From IMG/VR virus record IMGVR_UViG_3300032157_000009, positions 1-62,368 of that record: 62,368 nt of DNA; one strand, given 5' to 3'. A program made the position numbers and the translations under genes. This stretch comes from a virus. Taxonomy: Duplodnaviria; Caudoviricetes. This document shows positions 46,996-56,121 of this stretch, in pieces (positions within the stretch are counted from its first letter, which is position 1; every line of letters begins with the position of its first letter). The notes beneath the pieces were generated by a model. That model searched no databases, was not told the DNA's origin, and saw nothing but the letters and a program-made list of their open reading frames with translations.

Positions 46996-47244
46996 ATGAA
47001 AGACACAATCTCCACCACCGTGATTGCTGCGGCGGCATTTATTACTCAATTCACCAACCTGGATTTATTCTTCAAGGTCTTGGTCGGAGGATTGACGGTT
47101 GGGTTTTTATCGTTCAAGTTGTGGATGGCAATTTTGAACAACATAGATGCCATTCTGAATCCACGTCAGTACATTGCTGATAGTCGTGCCCGACGAAAAC
47201 AAGAGCAGTGGCTCAAGAGCCAGAACGCCGACAACGCTGATTGA
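46996..47244 (+). CDS. Holin-like membrane protein
   Basis: Hydrophobic segments and a charged C-terminal tail. Confidence 0.45.
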   Translation: MKDTISTTVIAAAAFITQFTNLDLFFKVLVGGLTVGFLSFKLWMAILNNIDAILNPRQYIADSRARRKQEQWLKSQNADNAD

Positions 47245-47246
47245 TT

Positions 47247-47564
47247 ATGACACCAAAATGGATCACCAATTTCATGGACGGGCTTAAGAGCCTGGTGAAT
47301 ATTCCTGGCATGTGGATTGATGGAGCGTTGTACGTCTGTTTGGCGCTGACGGGATTCTGGATGATTTTCTTCGGCACCGACGAGGCGGCCAAGTATGTTG
47401 CCCCAACGATTCTTTTTTGGTCCAAAGGCGTCATTGGTTCGCTGGATGCAGCCTTTCTGGCGCTGAAATTATTTCGCAGCAACACCTTTGCGGTACATAC
47501 CGCTGAGCAGAAACAGAAAACCGGTAACACTGAGATCTTGCGGAAACAAACTGAAAACGGTTAA
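47247..47564 (+). CDS. Holin-like membrane protein
   Basis: Two TM segments and a charged tail. Confidence 0.5.
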   Translation: MTPKWITNFMDGLKSLVNIPGMWIDGALYVCLALTGFWMIFFGTDEAAKYVAPTILFWSKGVIGSLDAAFLALKLFRSNTFAVHTAEQKQKTGNTEILRKQTENG

Positions 47565-47576
47565 CCTAAATCCAAC

Positions 47577-47987
47577 ATGAAAAAGATCCTTGCCATTATT
47601 GCCAGCGCCAGTCTGTTGTGCGGCTGCACCACCACCCCGCAACAAACTCAAATTGAACAATTAGCGGCGGACCTGCGCGACATCACCGAGGCTACGGTGA
47701 TCATTGCGCTGGCCGAGAAGCCCGACAACCGCGACGAGCTCTTGCTGGTGTTGGGCAAGCTCAAGGCGTTGGAAGCGTTGCCGGATCCCATCACGCTGAC
47801 CTCGTTGCGCAGCCTGTTGATGGAGTTGCCGCTGGACCGGCTGGAGTCGGACAAGGGACAACTCTACATCATCGGTGCTCGGGTCATATTGCGCCGGGTG
47901 AGCTATGAAGTGGACCTGGGAACGCTGACCACAGTTCGACCAATTGTGGTTGCGTTGCGTGAGGGTTTGGAAGCGGGGTTGAAGTGA
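47577..47987 (+). CDS. Lipoprotein
   Basis: MKKILAIIASASLLCG/C lipobox-like. Confidence 0.75.
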   Translation: MKKILAIIASASLLCGCTTTPQQTQIEQLAADLRDITEATVIIALAEKPDNRDELLLVLGKLKALEALPDPITLTSLRSLLMELPLDRLESDKGQLYIIGARVILRRVSYEVDLGTLTTVRPIVVALREGLEAGLK

Positions 47988-48280
47988 AGCGGCTCTTGTT
48001 GGTCACAACGTTGTCGCTCGTGTGCGGCTGTCAGAGCTACCGTGAACGATTCATTTACTTCGGGGCGGACGGCTCAACCAATCACGTGGTGGACGTTTCC
48101 TTCAAATCTTGCCTGATGATGGGCAAGGCGGCTAAATTGCGGACCGAGACCCAGACCGGGGAGTTTATCCGTTCCGTCAACGCCGACGGTCTGGAGGTCA
48201 AACCGGACGCTGAATCAGTCAAAGCCATCACTCAAGGGGTGACCGAAGCCCTGCTCAAGAGCCTCAAGCCTGTGCCTTAA
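47984..48280 (+). CDS. Lipoprotein
   Basis: MKRLLLVTTLSLVCG/C lipobox-like. Confidence 0.75.
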   Translation: MKRLLLVTTLSLVCGCQSYRERFIYFGADGSTNHVVDVSFKSCLMMGKAAKLRTETQTGEFIRSVNADGLEVKPDAESVKAITQGVTEALLKSLKPVP

Positions 48281-48310
48281 CAGCTTGTTTTCAATGGGTT
48301 CCGCCCTGTT

Positions 48311-48415
48311 TGAAAATAGTTGAAGATTTTTCTTTCCTTTTGCCCAACGGTCAGGCAAGGTTAAGGCACAGTCAGGGGCGAAGAGCCTGAGACCGAGAAA
48401 AGAAAGAACGCTAAA
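48311..48415 (+). promoter_or_regulatory. Conserved promoter/operator copy 2 with 5' hairpin leader
   Basis: 47 bp identical to copy 4; AAGAACGCTAAAATG leader as in copy 1. Confidence 0.8.
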
Positions 48416-48760
48416 ATGAACAAATCCTTCCGTTTGGTTCCGACCCCAACCGCTGCAACGTTCCCTGAGTCTTTGTGGGAAGCTCTTTTGGACCAAGGTT
48501 TCAATTTCGGCCCAAAGGATGAGAACGACGGCTTTCCAATGCCCTGGGACGCCGGGTTTGAAATTTACCCCAAGGTTGTTGGTGACCATCATGAAATCAC
48601 GATGGTCATTTCAGGCAGCGCCGGGCCGAGTGGTTTTGGCGACGCCAAGGTTTCAATTCCACTTTCGTCAGCGGCGGACAATTTGAAGTTTGAGGTTTAC
48701 GATTTGACAGACAATCAGATCGCAGCATTGGTCGCCCTTGGCTACAACGTCGTTGATTGA
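48416..48760 (+). CDS. Hypothetical early protein
   Basis: ORF after promoter copy 2. Confidence 0.7.
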   Translation: MNKSFRLVPTPTAATFPESLWEALLDQGFNFGPKDENDGFPMPWDAGFEIYPKVVGDHHEITMVISGSAGPSGFGDAKVSIPLSSAADNLKFEVYDLTDNQIAALVALGYNVVD

Positions 48761-48840
48761 CCTCGCCTTCCACCGGGCTGCGGCTGCGGTGGACGGCGAA
48801 GCCAAACACGGCTCGCAAAACAACAAACCGAAAGAACGCT

Positions 48841-49098
48841 ATGAACTCAAAACTCCCAGAAGCTCCTTGCTATTGGAATAACTCTGAAGCTGCTGCATGG
48901 CAATCCGGTTACGAAGCCGGGCGAGACTCAATTGCCAACGAACACGCCGCACTGGTGGCTGTGGCTGAGGCGGCAAAGGCTCTTCAATACGAATGCGGCA
49001 AGTTGTCCTTCATGAGTCACAACGAGCAGCCCGAGCTTTATGCGGCTTGGAGCGAAATGACGAATGCTTTGAACAATCTCCCACGACGTCTTAATTAG
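48841..49098 (+). CDS. Hypothetical protein
   Basis: ATG preceded by the AAAGAACGCT leader motif. Confidence 0.6.
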   Translation: MNSKLPEAPCYWNNSEAAAWQSGYEAGRDSIANEHAALVAVAEAAKALQYECGKLSFMSHNEQPELYAAWSEMTNALNNLPRRLN

Positions 49099-49116
49099 CG
49101 TTCTGCCGGCGTGGGC

Positions 49117-49156
49117 GTGCCGGCCAGGTTTGAGCTCTTGGCTCCTTGGCCGGCAC
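49117..49156 (+). terminator. Strong intergenic stem-loop
   Basis: GTGCCGGCCA...TGGCCGGCAC 10-bp stem plus an inner GAGC/GCTC stem. Confidence 0.5.
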
Positions 49157-49171
49157 ACTTGAATTTGACAC

Positions 49172-49366
49172 ATGAAAATTGAAATCGTCCAGAATGGCCG
49201 GTTGTGCGACGTGGTTGCCGACGGCAAAGTAGTTCACTCCACCGGGCGGGTCGCGGCCAAAGGTTACGCCTTGGGCCTGTTCCAAAAGCACGGTGGCGAA
49301 TTGTGGAACCAGAAGCGTGGCGGCAAGATGGTGTTGGTCAGGAGTGGTGCAGCCACCCATCCGTAA
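49172..49366 (+). CDS. Small hypothetical protein
   Basis: 64-aa ORF. Confidence 0.5.
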   Translation: MKIEIVQNGRLCDVVADGKVVHSTGRVAAKGYALGLFQKHGGELWNQKRGGKMVLVRSGAATHP

Positions 49367-49407
49367 TTTGACGGTCAAACAAACAACCCAAAGAGAAAGG
49401 TCAGTCA

Positions 49408-50052
49408 ATGAAATGGAAAGAGTCAGGAACCCAATTCGAGTCCGTTCCGCCGGGGTCTCACATAGCGCGGTGTTACGGATGCATCGATCTCGGCACCCAG
49501 CCGAAGGTCTTCAACGGAGAGACCCATTTGGAACGCCAGGTGCAAATCTCCTTTGAGTTGCCCGCCCTTAAGATGGAGGGCAAATATGACCCCAAAGCCA
49601 AGGGCAAGCCTATGATGGCCAGCCGCAAGTTCAAGCAGAGTTTACACCCGAAGGCCAACTTGCGCAAGTTCCTGGAAGGCTGGCGTGGTCGCGCATTCAA
49701 GCCGGGTGAAGCCGAGCAGTTCGACCCGAAGAAATTGCCCGGCTTGCCCTGTCGGGTGAATGTGGTGGAGAGCCAGGATGGCACTCGCACCTTCATTGAC
49801 AGCATTGCGCCGCTGGGCAAAGGGGAGAAGATCCCCAAACAGATCAATCCGTCGGTGTACCTCAGCCTGGATCCGGAGGAGTTTGACTCGGCGACGTTCG
49901 ACAAGCTGAGTAACGGGCTCAAGGAGCGCATCGCCAAGTCGCCGGAGTTCATCGCGCTGGAGAATGGCGGAGCCGGGGAAGAGGCTCAAGGTGACGCACC
50001 GACCGACGACGGCAGCGCACCGGCTGACGGTGACGACAACACGCCATTCTGA
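49408..50052 (+). CDS. ssDNA-binding-like protein (NGO0469-like phage family)
   Basis: PPGSHIARC..CIDLGTQ, SLHPKANLRKFLEGWRG, and an acidic tail ending DDNTPF. Confidence 0.7.
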   Translation: MKWKESGTQFESVPPGSHIARCYGCIDLGTQPKVFNGETHLERQVQISFELPALKMEGKYDPKAKGKPMMASRKFKQSLHPKANLRKFLEGWRGRAFKPGEAEQFDPKKLPGLPCRVNVVESQDGTRTFIDSIAPLGKGEKIPKQINPSVYLSLDPEEFDSATFDKLSNGLKERIAKSPEFIALENGGAGEEAQGDAPTDDGSAPADGDDNTPF

Positions 50053-50063
50053 ACAATCTCGGC

Positions 50064-50130
50064 GACGGGAACTGGCGGTGACTGCCGAAAGGTAAAATCG
50101 AAAGTAATTACCAGCCCGTTTCCAACCGTC
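50064..50130 (+). ncRNA. Putative structured RNA
   Basis: GACGG/CCGTC, GGAAC/GTTTCC and GGTGA/TTACC stems plus a TGCC-GAAA-GGTA hairpin. Confidence 0.45.
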
Positions 50131-50142
50131 TCAATTTATCAA

Positions 50143-50258
50143 CGCTGTGCAAAGTGGAAGAAGGCCACTGGTGGGTAGCGCCCACTTTCTCAGAAGTCTT
50201 AGGGCTGAGTGCTGATGACTTCACAGAATCGCCGGGGTAGAGCCGGCCACAGCGACCA
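50143..50258 (+). ncRNA. tRNA-like RNA (non-canonical)
   Basis: 7-bp acceptor-like stem CGCTGTG/CACAGCG plus ACCA, with an adjacent 5-bp/7-nt T-like arm GCCGG-GGTAGAG-CCGGC. Confidence 0.6.
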
Positions 50259-50272
50259 AATTACAACCCAAA

Positions 50273-51025
50273 ATGAAACTCATCAAATTCTTCAAAGAGT
50301 CCCTCAAGCTGCCAACCTTGTTGGGAGTAACGTCCGAAGCCGAAGAGGAGCGCCAAGAGCTCTCCTTGAACCTTCGGGCCATCACCAAGGTCACCAACGC
50401 CAACGAGCAGACTGTTGCGGTGAACACGGCTCGGGACGTTCAAACCTATGTCAAAGCGGTCAAGGATCGTGGGCTGGAATTTCGCCGTCCGATCAACGAC
50501 TTCGTTTCTCTGGTCAAGAAGACCGAGGACGATCATCTGGCTCCGTTGCTGGTGGAGCAGGAGCGCATCAAGAAGCTGTGCGCCAACTTCCAGGAAAAGG
50601 AAGCCCGGCGTGTGGCCAAGGAAGAGGCTGAACAAGCTGAGCTCCGTGCCAAAGCAGAACGCGAACGGCAGGCATTGGAAGAAAAGGCTCGTCAAGCGGC
50701 CATCAAGGCTGCTGCCACCGGCAAGGCCAACGACGAGAAGAAAGCTGCAGCCGTTCAAGCTGCCGCCGAAGCTGCCGAACAAGCCGCACAAGCCACCATG
50801 GTGTTGCCGTTGCCCGAGAAGGCTCGTGACACCGGCATGAGCGTCAAGCGGGTGCTCAAGTGGGAAGTCACGGACATTCGCGCACTTGCGGCCGCAAGAC
50901 CCGACTTGGTAAAAATGGAGCCCAAGGGCAGCGCCATCCAAGCGGTGTGCATTCCCGAAATGCCCAACAAGCCACCGGGGTTGAAACTTTGGTGGGAGAA
51001 CACGACGGTTTTCTCAAAACGTTAA
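50273..51025 (+). CDS. Coiled-coil hypothetical protein
   Basis: Ala/Glu/Lys-rich helix, then KWEVTDI...PGLK. Confidence 0.75.
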   Translation: MKLIKFFKESLKLPTLLGVTSEAEEERQELSLNLRAITKVTNANEQTVAVNTARDVQTYVKAVKDRGLEFRRPINDFVSLVKKTEDDHLAPLLVEQERIKKLCANFQEKEARRVAKEEAEQAELRAKAERERQALEEKARQAAIKAAATGKANDEKKAAAVQAAAEAAEQAAQATMVLPLPEKARDTGMSVKRVLKWEVTDIRALAAARPDLVKMEPKGSAIQAVCIPEMPNKPPGLKLWWENTTVFSKR

Positions 51026-51048
51026 CAACTCAAAGAAAGAAAAATAAT

Positions 51049-51384
51049 ATGGCAACCTATGGATTCCTTTGTCCAACTCCAAAGCAGCATTGCAATGGAA
51101 CGTTGGCGAAACTAAATGCAGGACTGGACAAGCGCGGCATCAAAAAACACGGCTCTCAAGCAGAAGCGATGAAGTGCTACTCTGGCTATCTCATAAATAT
51201 TATGGGGTGTGAGAAATTGACCAATCGGGAATTTCGTCATCCGAACGGAGGTCCGATTGAAGTTTTGAATCGGGAGTCTCAATTTGGGGCAAGGCTCAGG
51301 GCTGGGAAACGTGGCGAGGGGAACGCGATTGGTTCTGTCAACAGAGGAATGCCAACGGGTCATGCTGCGGTAATTTCCGCATGA
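51049..51384 (+). CDS. Hypothetical protein
   Basis: ATG after an A-rich leader. Confidence 0.55.
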   Translation: MATYGFLCPTPKQHCNGTLAKLNAGLDKRGIKKHGSQAEAMKCYSGYLINIMGCEKLTNREFRHPNGGPIEVLNRESQFGARLRAGKRGEGNAIGSVNRGMPTGHAAVISA

Positions 51385-51581
51385 ACATTTACGTTTGGAT
51401 TCCATTCGTCCTCCTTTGTGCGCTTGCCATTCCGGTCATCTGGGTCAGCGTCAGCCGCTGTCCCAAGTGTCACGGCTTCTGCGAGGACGAGGAAGCCTGC
51501 CAGCTCAAGATTCAAACCGACCAACAACACGAAAGCGAAAGACAAACCCATGGCCAAAAAGAAGACAACAACCCCACGTGA
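51381..51581 (+). CDS. Small membrane protein with CxxC
   Basis: N-terminal TM segment and CPKC. Confidence 0.45.
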   Translation: MNIYVWIPFVLLCALAIPVIWVSVSRCPKCHGFCEDEEACQLKIQTDQQHESERQTHGQKEDNNPT

Positions 51582-51984
51582 CGGACAACGGGTCCGCATC
51601 CGCATCAAGCACCTGTTCAACGAACAGGAAAAGGATGACAAAATCAAGGACATGACTCGCACCATGCGGGAAGTGGAACTGAAGCAGGAGCAACTCAAGT
51701 CGGTCAACGCCACCGGCAAGGCGGAAATCCGTCAGCTGCTGGCAATGGTTACCGACCTGCGCAATCAGCTGGAGGACGGCGGTGCTCAGGTGGAGGTGGA
51801 CGCCATTCGGGTGGTGGACCGAAAAGAAGGAACGAAATCGTTTTACGTTTGGCGACCCGGCCAGACCGGGCACGACGAGTTTGTCCGCAAGGAGAATCTC
51901 ACGGAAGAGGAATTTTCCGAGTTGCCCGGCATCCTGCCTGACCCGGTTCAGCGTGACGACGACCCGGCTCACCCCCAGGAATGA
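51550..51984 (+). CDS. Hypothetical protein
   Basis: Coiled-coil ORF. Confidence 0.6.
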   Translation: MAKKKTTTPRDGQRVRIRIKHLFNEQEKDDKIKDMTRTMREVELKQEQLKSVNATGKAEIRQLLAMVTDLRNQLEDGGAQVEVDAIRVVDRKEGTKSFYVWRPGQTGHDEFVRKENLTEEEFSELPGILPDPVQRDDDPAHPQE

Positions 51985-51992
51985 CCGTTTCA

Positions 51993-52023
51993 GCCGGGGT
52001 GGAGGCTTTCCAAACACCCCGGC
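51993..52023 (+). terminator. Stem-loop after the operon
   Basis: GCCGGGGT...ACCCCGGC. Confidence 0.4.
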
Positions 52024-52161
52024 AAACATCGCTGCAGGGCCAAGGCGTGGTTTTTTGTTGGCCGGACGGAAGGCGGGAGGGGTAAGTTTTCGGTGTGAAT
52101 TTGTTGAAATTGGCCTTGTTAGCTGAAGGCCAACAACTTACAAAAGAATATCCGTCTCAAA

Positions 52162-52261
52162 TGAAAATAGTTGAAGAAAACCCTTTTCTTTTGCCCAACG
52201 GTCAGGCATAGTAATGGCACGGTGAGGGTGATGACGCTCCGCCGAACAAAGAAAGAACGCT
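52162..52261 (+). promoter_or_regulatory. Conserved promoter/operator copy 3 with 5' hairpin leader
   Basis: TGAAAATAGTTGAAGA...TTTTGCCCAACGGTCAGGCATAGT...AAGAACGCTATG. Confidence 0.8.
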
Positions 52262-52477
52262 ATGAAATACTTCAACTACCTGTTTGACGCGAAAACCTTT
52301 TGCGCCACTTCTCCGGACAAGACCGCGCCTGATGCTTTCGCAATGGAATGTTACGCCGAAAGCCGTGAGGAAGCCGACCAAAAGATTGCCAAGTCTTTGC
52401 GGATTGACGTTGCCGCGCTCCGCACCAAGGCTTGCACGGTTCGCGAGCTTCAACACGCCACAACGTTCGTTCATTGA
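52262..52477 (+). CDS. Small early protein
   Basis: ORF after promoter copy 3. Confidence 0.65.
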   Translation: MKYFNYLFDAKTFCATSPDKTAPDAFAMECYAESREEADQKIAKSLRIDVAALRTKACTVRELQHATTFVH

Positions 52478-52484
52478 GGTGATT

Positions 52485-52835
52485 ATGAAACTCCGCCTCA
52501 ACAAGAAAGTCCTCGCCGAAATGCCCGCACCGGTTCGCTCGCTCGTGATTGAGTGGCGCGACCGCTGGCACAAATCCTTCATCTTGGTTGTCAACCGCAC
52601 AGACGTTCCAATGCAGGAGGACGCCAAGGTCACCGTTGTTAATTTGCTCACCGAAGCCCAGCAAACCGAACGCGTAGCGGGTGAGTTTGCTGGGATGACT
52701 CGGATCAGCCCGACGGCCAACTTAGTTCTGCCGGCTGGTTGTGTGGCGGTGGTGACGGGAATCTTCCTGGGGCATCCGTGGTTGACGATTTACCAAGCCA
52801 GCCCGGTGCAGCTTGAAAGCGGGGTGGCCAAGTGA
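52485..52835 (+). CDS. Hypothetical protein
   Basis: GAGGTG lies upstream of ATG 52485. Confidence 0.65.
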   Translation: MKLRLNKKVLAEMPAPVRSLVIEWRDRWHKSFILVVNRTDVPMQEDAKVTVVNLLTEAQQTERVAGEFAGMTRISPTANLVLPAGCVAVVTGIFLGHPWLTIYQASPVQLESGVAK

Positions 52836-54856
52836 CCGCCATTCAAGAACTCACCAGTTTGCTCAACTGGAGCGAGCCCAAGACGGTGAAGACCCGCCAA
52901 GGCGAGCGCCAATTGCAAACGGCTGAGCCGACACCCCTGTTCTGGTCGCTGTGGCGTTCCTCCAAGGAGGAGCTCAAGGCGGCTGGAATCTCAGTGGGCA
53001 AGTCTGGGCCAAGTAACGATTGGGAAGTTTGCTGGTGGCAAGCCCCGGTGCGCACCCCACGGGAAACAATTGAGCGGATGAATGGTGGTCCGGTCAAATC
53101 AATTTCTGAATCCGCCGTGCCTGTGCCGGCGAAAGCTGAGAATGCGACTCAGTCGGGCCGACCCTTGCGGGAGAGCCAATTAAGCAGCGAAGTGCAGGGC
53201 GGCATGAAGGCTCACGAGGCCGACAGTCCTGCGGCGGCGGATTCAGTTTCTTTGGCTACCGAAAGCATCTTCGGCAAACGAGGAGCCGGGGTGGAAATGA
53301 CACCCCAACCGCTGGTTGGGATTCCTTCCGGGGTGATCCTGAGCAACGAGCAAATTGCCATCCACAATTACATCGAAAATGGCACCGGCAATTGCGTGGT
53401 GCAGGCCAGAGCGGGCACCGGTAAGACTGCCACCATCACCTGGGGCATCACCAAGGCCAAGGAGCAGGAAATCCTTTACCTGGTGTTTGGCAAGAAGAAC
53501 GAAGTCGAGGCCAAGCAGAAGATTCTCGATCCTCGCGTTACGATTCGCACGCTCAATGCTTTCGGTTTCCGTTGTTGCAAATCGGTGTGGCGGGATTGCA
53601 AGCCGGACGACGAGGTGGAGAAGGACCGCATTGCGGCTGCCTGCCCGAACATTCCGGACGAGGCTTCGGGTGCAGTGGAACGACTGGTGGGCTTTGCCAA
53701 GAATCTGTTTGTGGGTGTGCCTTCGTTGGAAAACCTGATTGTCACGGCCAATGAGCGGGGTGTGTTCTGCGGGCTGCAAACTCAGGAAGGCGAGGATGAA
53801 TTTCCGGTGGTGCGACTGGCGGCGATTGCTCAAGTCGCCATGGAAGCAGCCAAGGTCAAAGACCCGGCCAACCGAATCTCATTCGGCGATCAGGTGTGGC
53901 TAGCGGTGACCATGGGCTGGGTACGACCGGTAGCTGACCTGATCTTTGTGGACGAAACCCAGGACATGAATCTGCCCCAGTTGTTGATGGTGCAGCGAGC
54001 CATTCGTAAGGGTGGGCGGGTTTGTGTGGTGGGTGATGATCGTCAGTGCATTTACACCTTCCGAGGCGCACACCCGGATGGCATGGGCATGATGCGCGAT
54101 TCGCTCAAGGCTCGGACGCTGGGGCTGACTGTCACCCGTCGTTGTCCCAAGTGCGTGGTGCGCCGGGTCAAATCAATTGTGCCGGATTATCAATCGGCCG
54201 AAGACGCACCGGAAGGCGAAGAGTTTTTCGTCAACGAGGCTGAATTGCTGGACCGTTTGCAAATCGGAGACGCAGTGATCAGCCGGGCCAACGCTCCGTT
54301 GATGGGTTTGTGCCTCGCTCTGCTCCGCAAAGGGGTGTCGGCTCGCATTGAAGGCCGGGACATTGGCAAACGGCTGGTGTCAATAGTGCGTCGGTTCAAG
54401 GCCAAGAGCGTGCCCGACTTTCTGCGTCGCCTGGAAGCCTGGGTTGAGAAACAACGTAAGCGTTTGGACATCGGCAAAGAGGGCAAGGTCCGCATGGCCG
54501 GGGTGATGGACGAAGCCGAAACGTTGCGCGCTGTGGCCGAAGGCTGTGCTAATGTGTTTGAGGTTGAACAGCGCATCATCAGCCTGTTCCAGAACAGCGA
54601 CGACGAAGGTGTCAAACCGGCTGTGGTGCTCAGTTCGACTCATAAGGCCAAGGGCTTGGAATGGCAGCGCACAGCGGTGTTGAGCTGGACCTTCAACAAG
54701 CGTTGGAAAAACCAGTCCTCGGCTCAAGTCCGCGAGGAACAAAATCTCTGGTATGTGGCGCTGACTCGCACCAAGCACACGCTGATGTTAGTGAGCGAAG
54801 GCGGACGGGGCAAGCCGGTGGAACAAGGTGACGGAACGAAAGTGGGCGCGATGTGA
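52832..54856 (+). CDS. SF1 (UvrD/Rep-like) helicase with extra N-terminal domain
   Basis: ARAGTGKT, VDETQD, VGDDRQCIYTFRGA, THKAKGLEW, EEQNLWYVALTR. Confidence 0.92.
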   Translation: MTAIQELTSLLNWSEPKTVKTRQGERQLQTAEPTPLFWSLWRSSKEELKAAGISVGKSGPSNDWEVCWWQAPVRTPRETIERMNGGPVKSISESAVPVPAKAENATQSGRPLRESQLSSEVQGGMKAHEADSPAAADSVSLATESIFGKRGAGVEMTPQPLVGIPSGVILSNEQIAIHNYIENGTGNCVVQARAGTGKTATITWGITKAKEQEILYLVFGKKNEVEAKQKILDPRVTIRTLNAFGFRCCKSVWRDCKPDDEVEKDRIAAACPNIPDEASGAVERLVGFAKNLFVGVPSLENLIVTANERGVFCGLQTQEGEDEFPVVRLAAIAQVAMEAAKVKDPANRISFGDQVWLAVTMGWVRPVADLIFVDETQDMNLPQLLMVQRAIRKGGRVCVVGDDRQCIYTFRGAHPDGMGMMRDSLKARTLGLTVTRRCPKCVVRRVKSIVPDYQSAEDAPEGEEFFVNEAELLDRLQIGDAVISRANAPLMGLCLALLRKGVSARIEGRDIGKRLVSIVRRFKAKSVPDFLRRLEAWVEKQRKRLDIGKEGKVRMAGVMDEAETLRAVAEGCANVFEVEQRIISLFQNSDDEGVKPAVVLSSTHKAKGLEWQRTAVLSWTFNKRWKNQSSAQVREEQNLWYVALTRTKHTLMLVSEGGRGKPVEQGDGTKVGAM

Positions 54857-55044
54857 AAATTTATTGTTCGTGTTGCGGAAAGCAGGCAGTCAGAGATCAA
54901 AACCCAAGCCGACACGACAAGTACACAACCAAGCTTGAAGGATCCAAGGCTGATTTTAACGGCAGGGTAATTTGTGGGTTTTGCGCCGAGGACCTAGACG
55001 AGCACGGAATGTTTCCAGAAGAAAGAACTGACCAACTGTCATGA
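54853..55044 (+). CDS. Small Zn-finger protein
   Basis: CSCC...CGFC. Confidence 0.55.
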   Translation: MKIYCSCCGKQAVRDQNPSRHDKYTTKLEGSKADFNGRVICGFCAEDLDEHGMFPEERTDQLS

Positions 55045-55403
55045 CAACCGAACAATTAGACAACGCTCGTTACCACGCTGGTGCTTTGAAGGGAATGGCC
55101 CACAAGGAAAAGGCCACCTACAAACGCCAGTTGATGTTTGATGCGGCCAACTTTCTGGAATCGCTCAAGGGGTGGCAGCCGATCAAGACTGCCCCCAAGG
55201 ACGGCACATTTGTCTTGGCGGCTGCTCGTAGCGGTTACACCAGCACGCCGTTACGGGTGGCGGTGTGCACTTGGGAAACAGGAGGCGTCCACGGGCCATT
55301 GGCAGCAGGCTGGAGAACCCATGCCAATGACTGGTTTACCGGAATTGGCATCGATGCCGATTATTGGATGCCGTTGCCGGGCATCAGCCAGGAGGAAAAA
55401 TGA
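55041..55403 (+). CDS. DUF551-like phage protein
   Basis: WQPIKTAPKDGT...YWMPLP. Confidence 0.7.
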   Translation: MTTEQLDNARYHAGALKGMAHKEKATYKRQLMFDAANFLESLKGWQPIKTAPKDGTFVLAAARSGYTSTPLRVAVCTWETGGVHGPLAAGWRTHANDWFTGIGIDADYWMPLPGISQEEK

Positions 55404-55663
55404 CCGCTCCCCTCCGCAACGACTCCGACCGTTACAAGGAATTGCAAACCTTGCTGGCCAACCTGCTGCACACCGGCCAAAAAGACACCCACGAATTTAA
55501 AACTGCTTGGCAGGAAAGCGAAGCCATCAAGAACCGTAATGGAGGAATGCCGCCAGCAGAACCTTGTCCGACTTGTGGCGGTGAGGGTGGCCTTGATTCT
55601 GGCGGAGTGACGCCGTGGGGCAGCCCAATTTCAATTCCGTGTCCTTCTTGTTCGGCCAAATGA
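55400..55663 (+). CDS. Small Zn-finger protein
   Basis: CPTCGGEG...CPSC. Confidence 0.6.
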   Translation: MTAPLRNDSDRYKELQTLLANLLHTGQKDTHEFKTAWQESEAIKNRNGGMPPAEPCPTCGGEGGLDSGGVTPWGSPISIPCPSCSAK

Positions 55664-55926
55664 ACTGGAATCGTAAACCCGTCCGTCCGCCACAAGACCC
55701 CAAACGTCCCACCACACTGGTGGTGAAAGGACTGGCTGAACTTCAAGCCGCAGTTGCAAGAGCGGATCAGCTGGTGAAACGTAACGGCGTCTGGGAGCAT
55801 GGCCGACGGGGTGAATACCGCATCAACGCCATGATTCATTTAGGCGCTGTCACCAGCAACAACAAGAACGGACGCTACGAACTGGAGCTAACCTGGCACG
55901 AGCCCAAACAACAAGATCTGTTATGA
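55660..55926 (+). CDS. Hypothetical protein
   Basis: ATGA-coupled ORF. Confidence 0.55.
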   Translation: MNWNRKPVRPPQDPKRPTTLVVKGLAELQAAVARADQLVKRNGVWEHGRRGEYRINAMIHLGAVTSNNKNGRYELELTWHEPKQQDLL

Positions 55927-56120
55927 CCGTCTATAAAACCATCCGACAAATAGTGCTGGCCAATCCAGAATTAAGCACCAGGGAAGTCTTCGAGCGGGCA
56001 CGGTTGCAATTCCCCAACGACAACCCGTCGTGGTTGAAATGTCGAGCGGCGCAGGTGTGTTGTGTGACCCGCAAGGCGATCAAAGAAAAAGCTTTTCTTT
56101 CCAAGGCGACGGGCGTTTAA
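55923..56120 (+). CDS. Small hypothetical protein
   Basis: ATGA-coupled ORF. Confidence 0.55.
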   Translation: MTVYKTIRQIVLANPELSTREVFERARLQFPNDNPSWLKCRAAQVCCVTRKAIKEKAFLSKATGV

Positions 56121-56121
56121 T

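Noticed and set aside
50212-50230. Hammerhead ribozyme suggested by CTGATGA
   Set aside because: No GAAA after a stem II and no suitable flanking stems.
50143-50258. Canonical tRNA gene
   Set aside because: No TTC T-loop and no assignable anticodon arm; kept only as a tRNA-like element.
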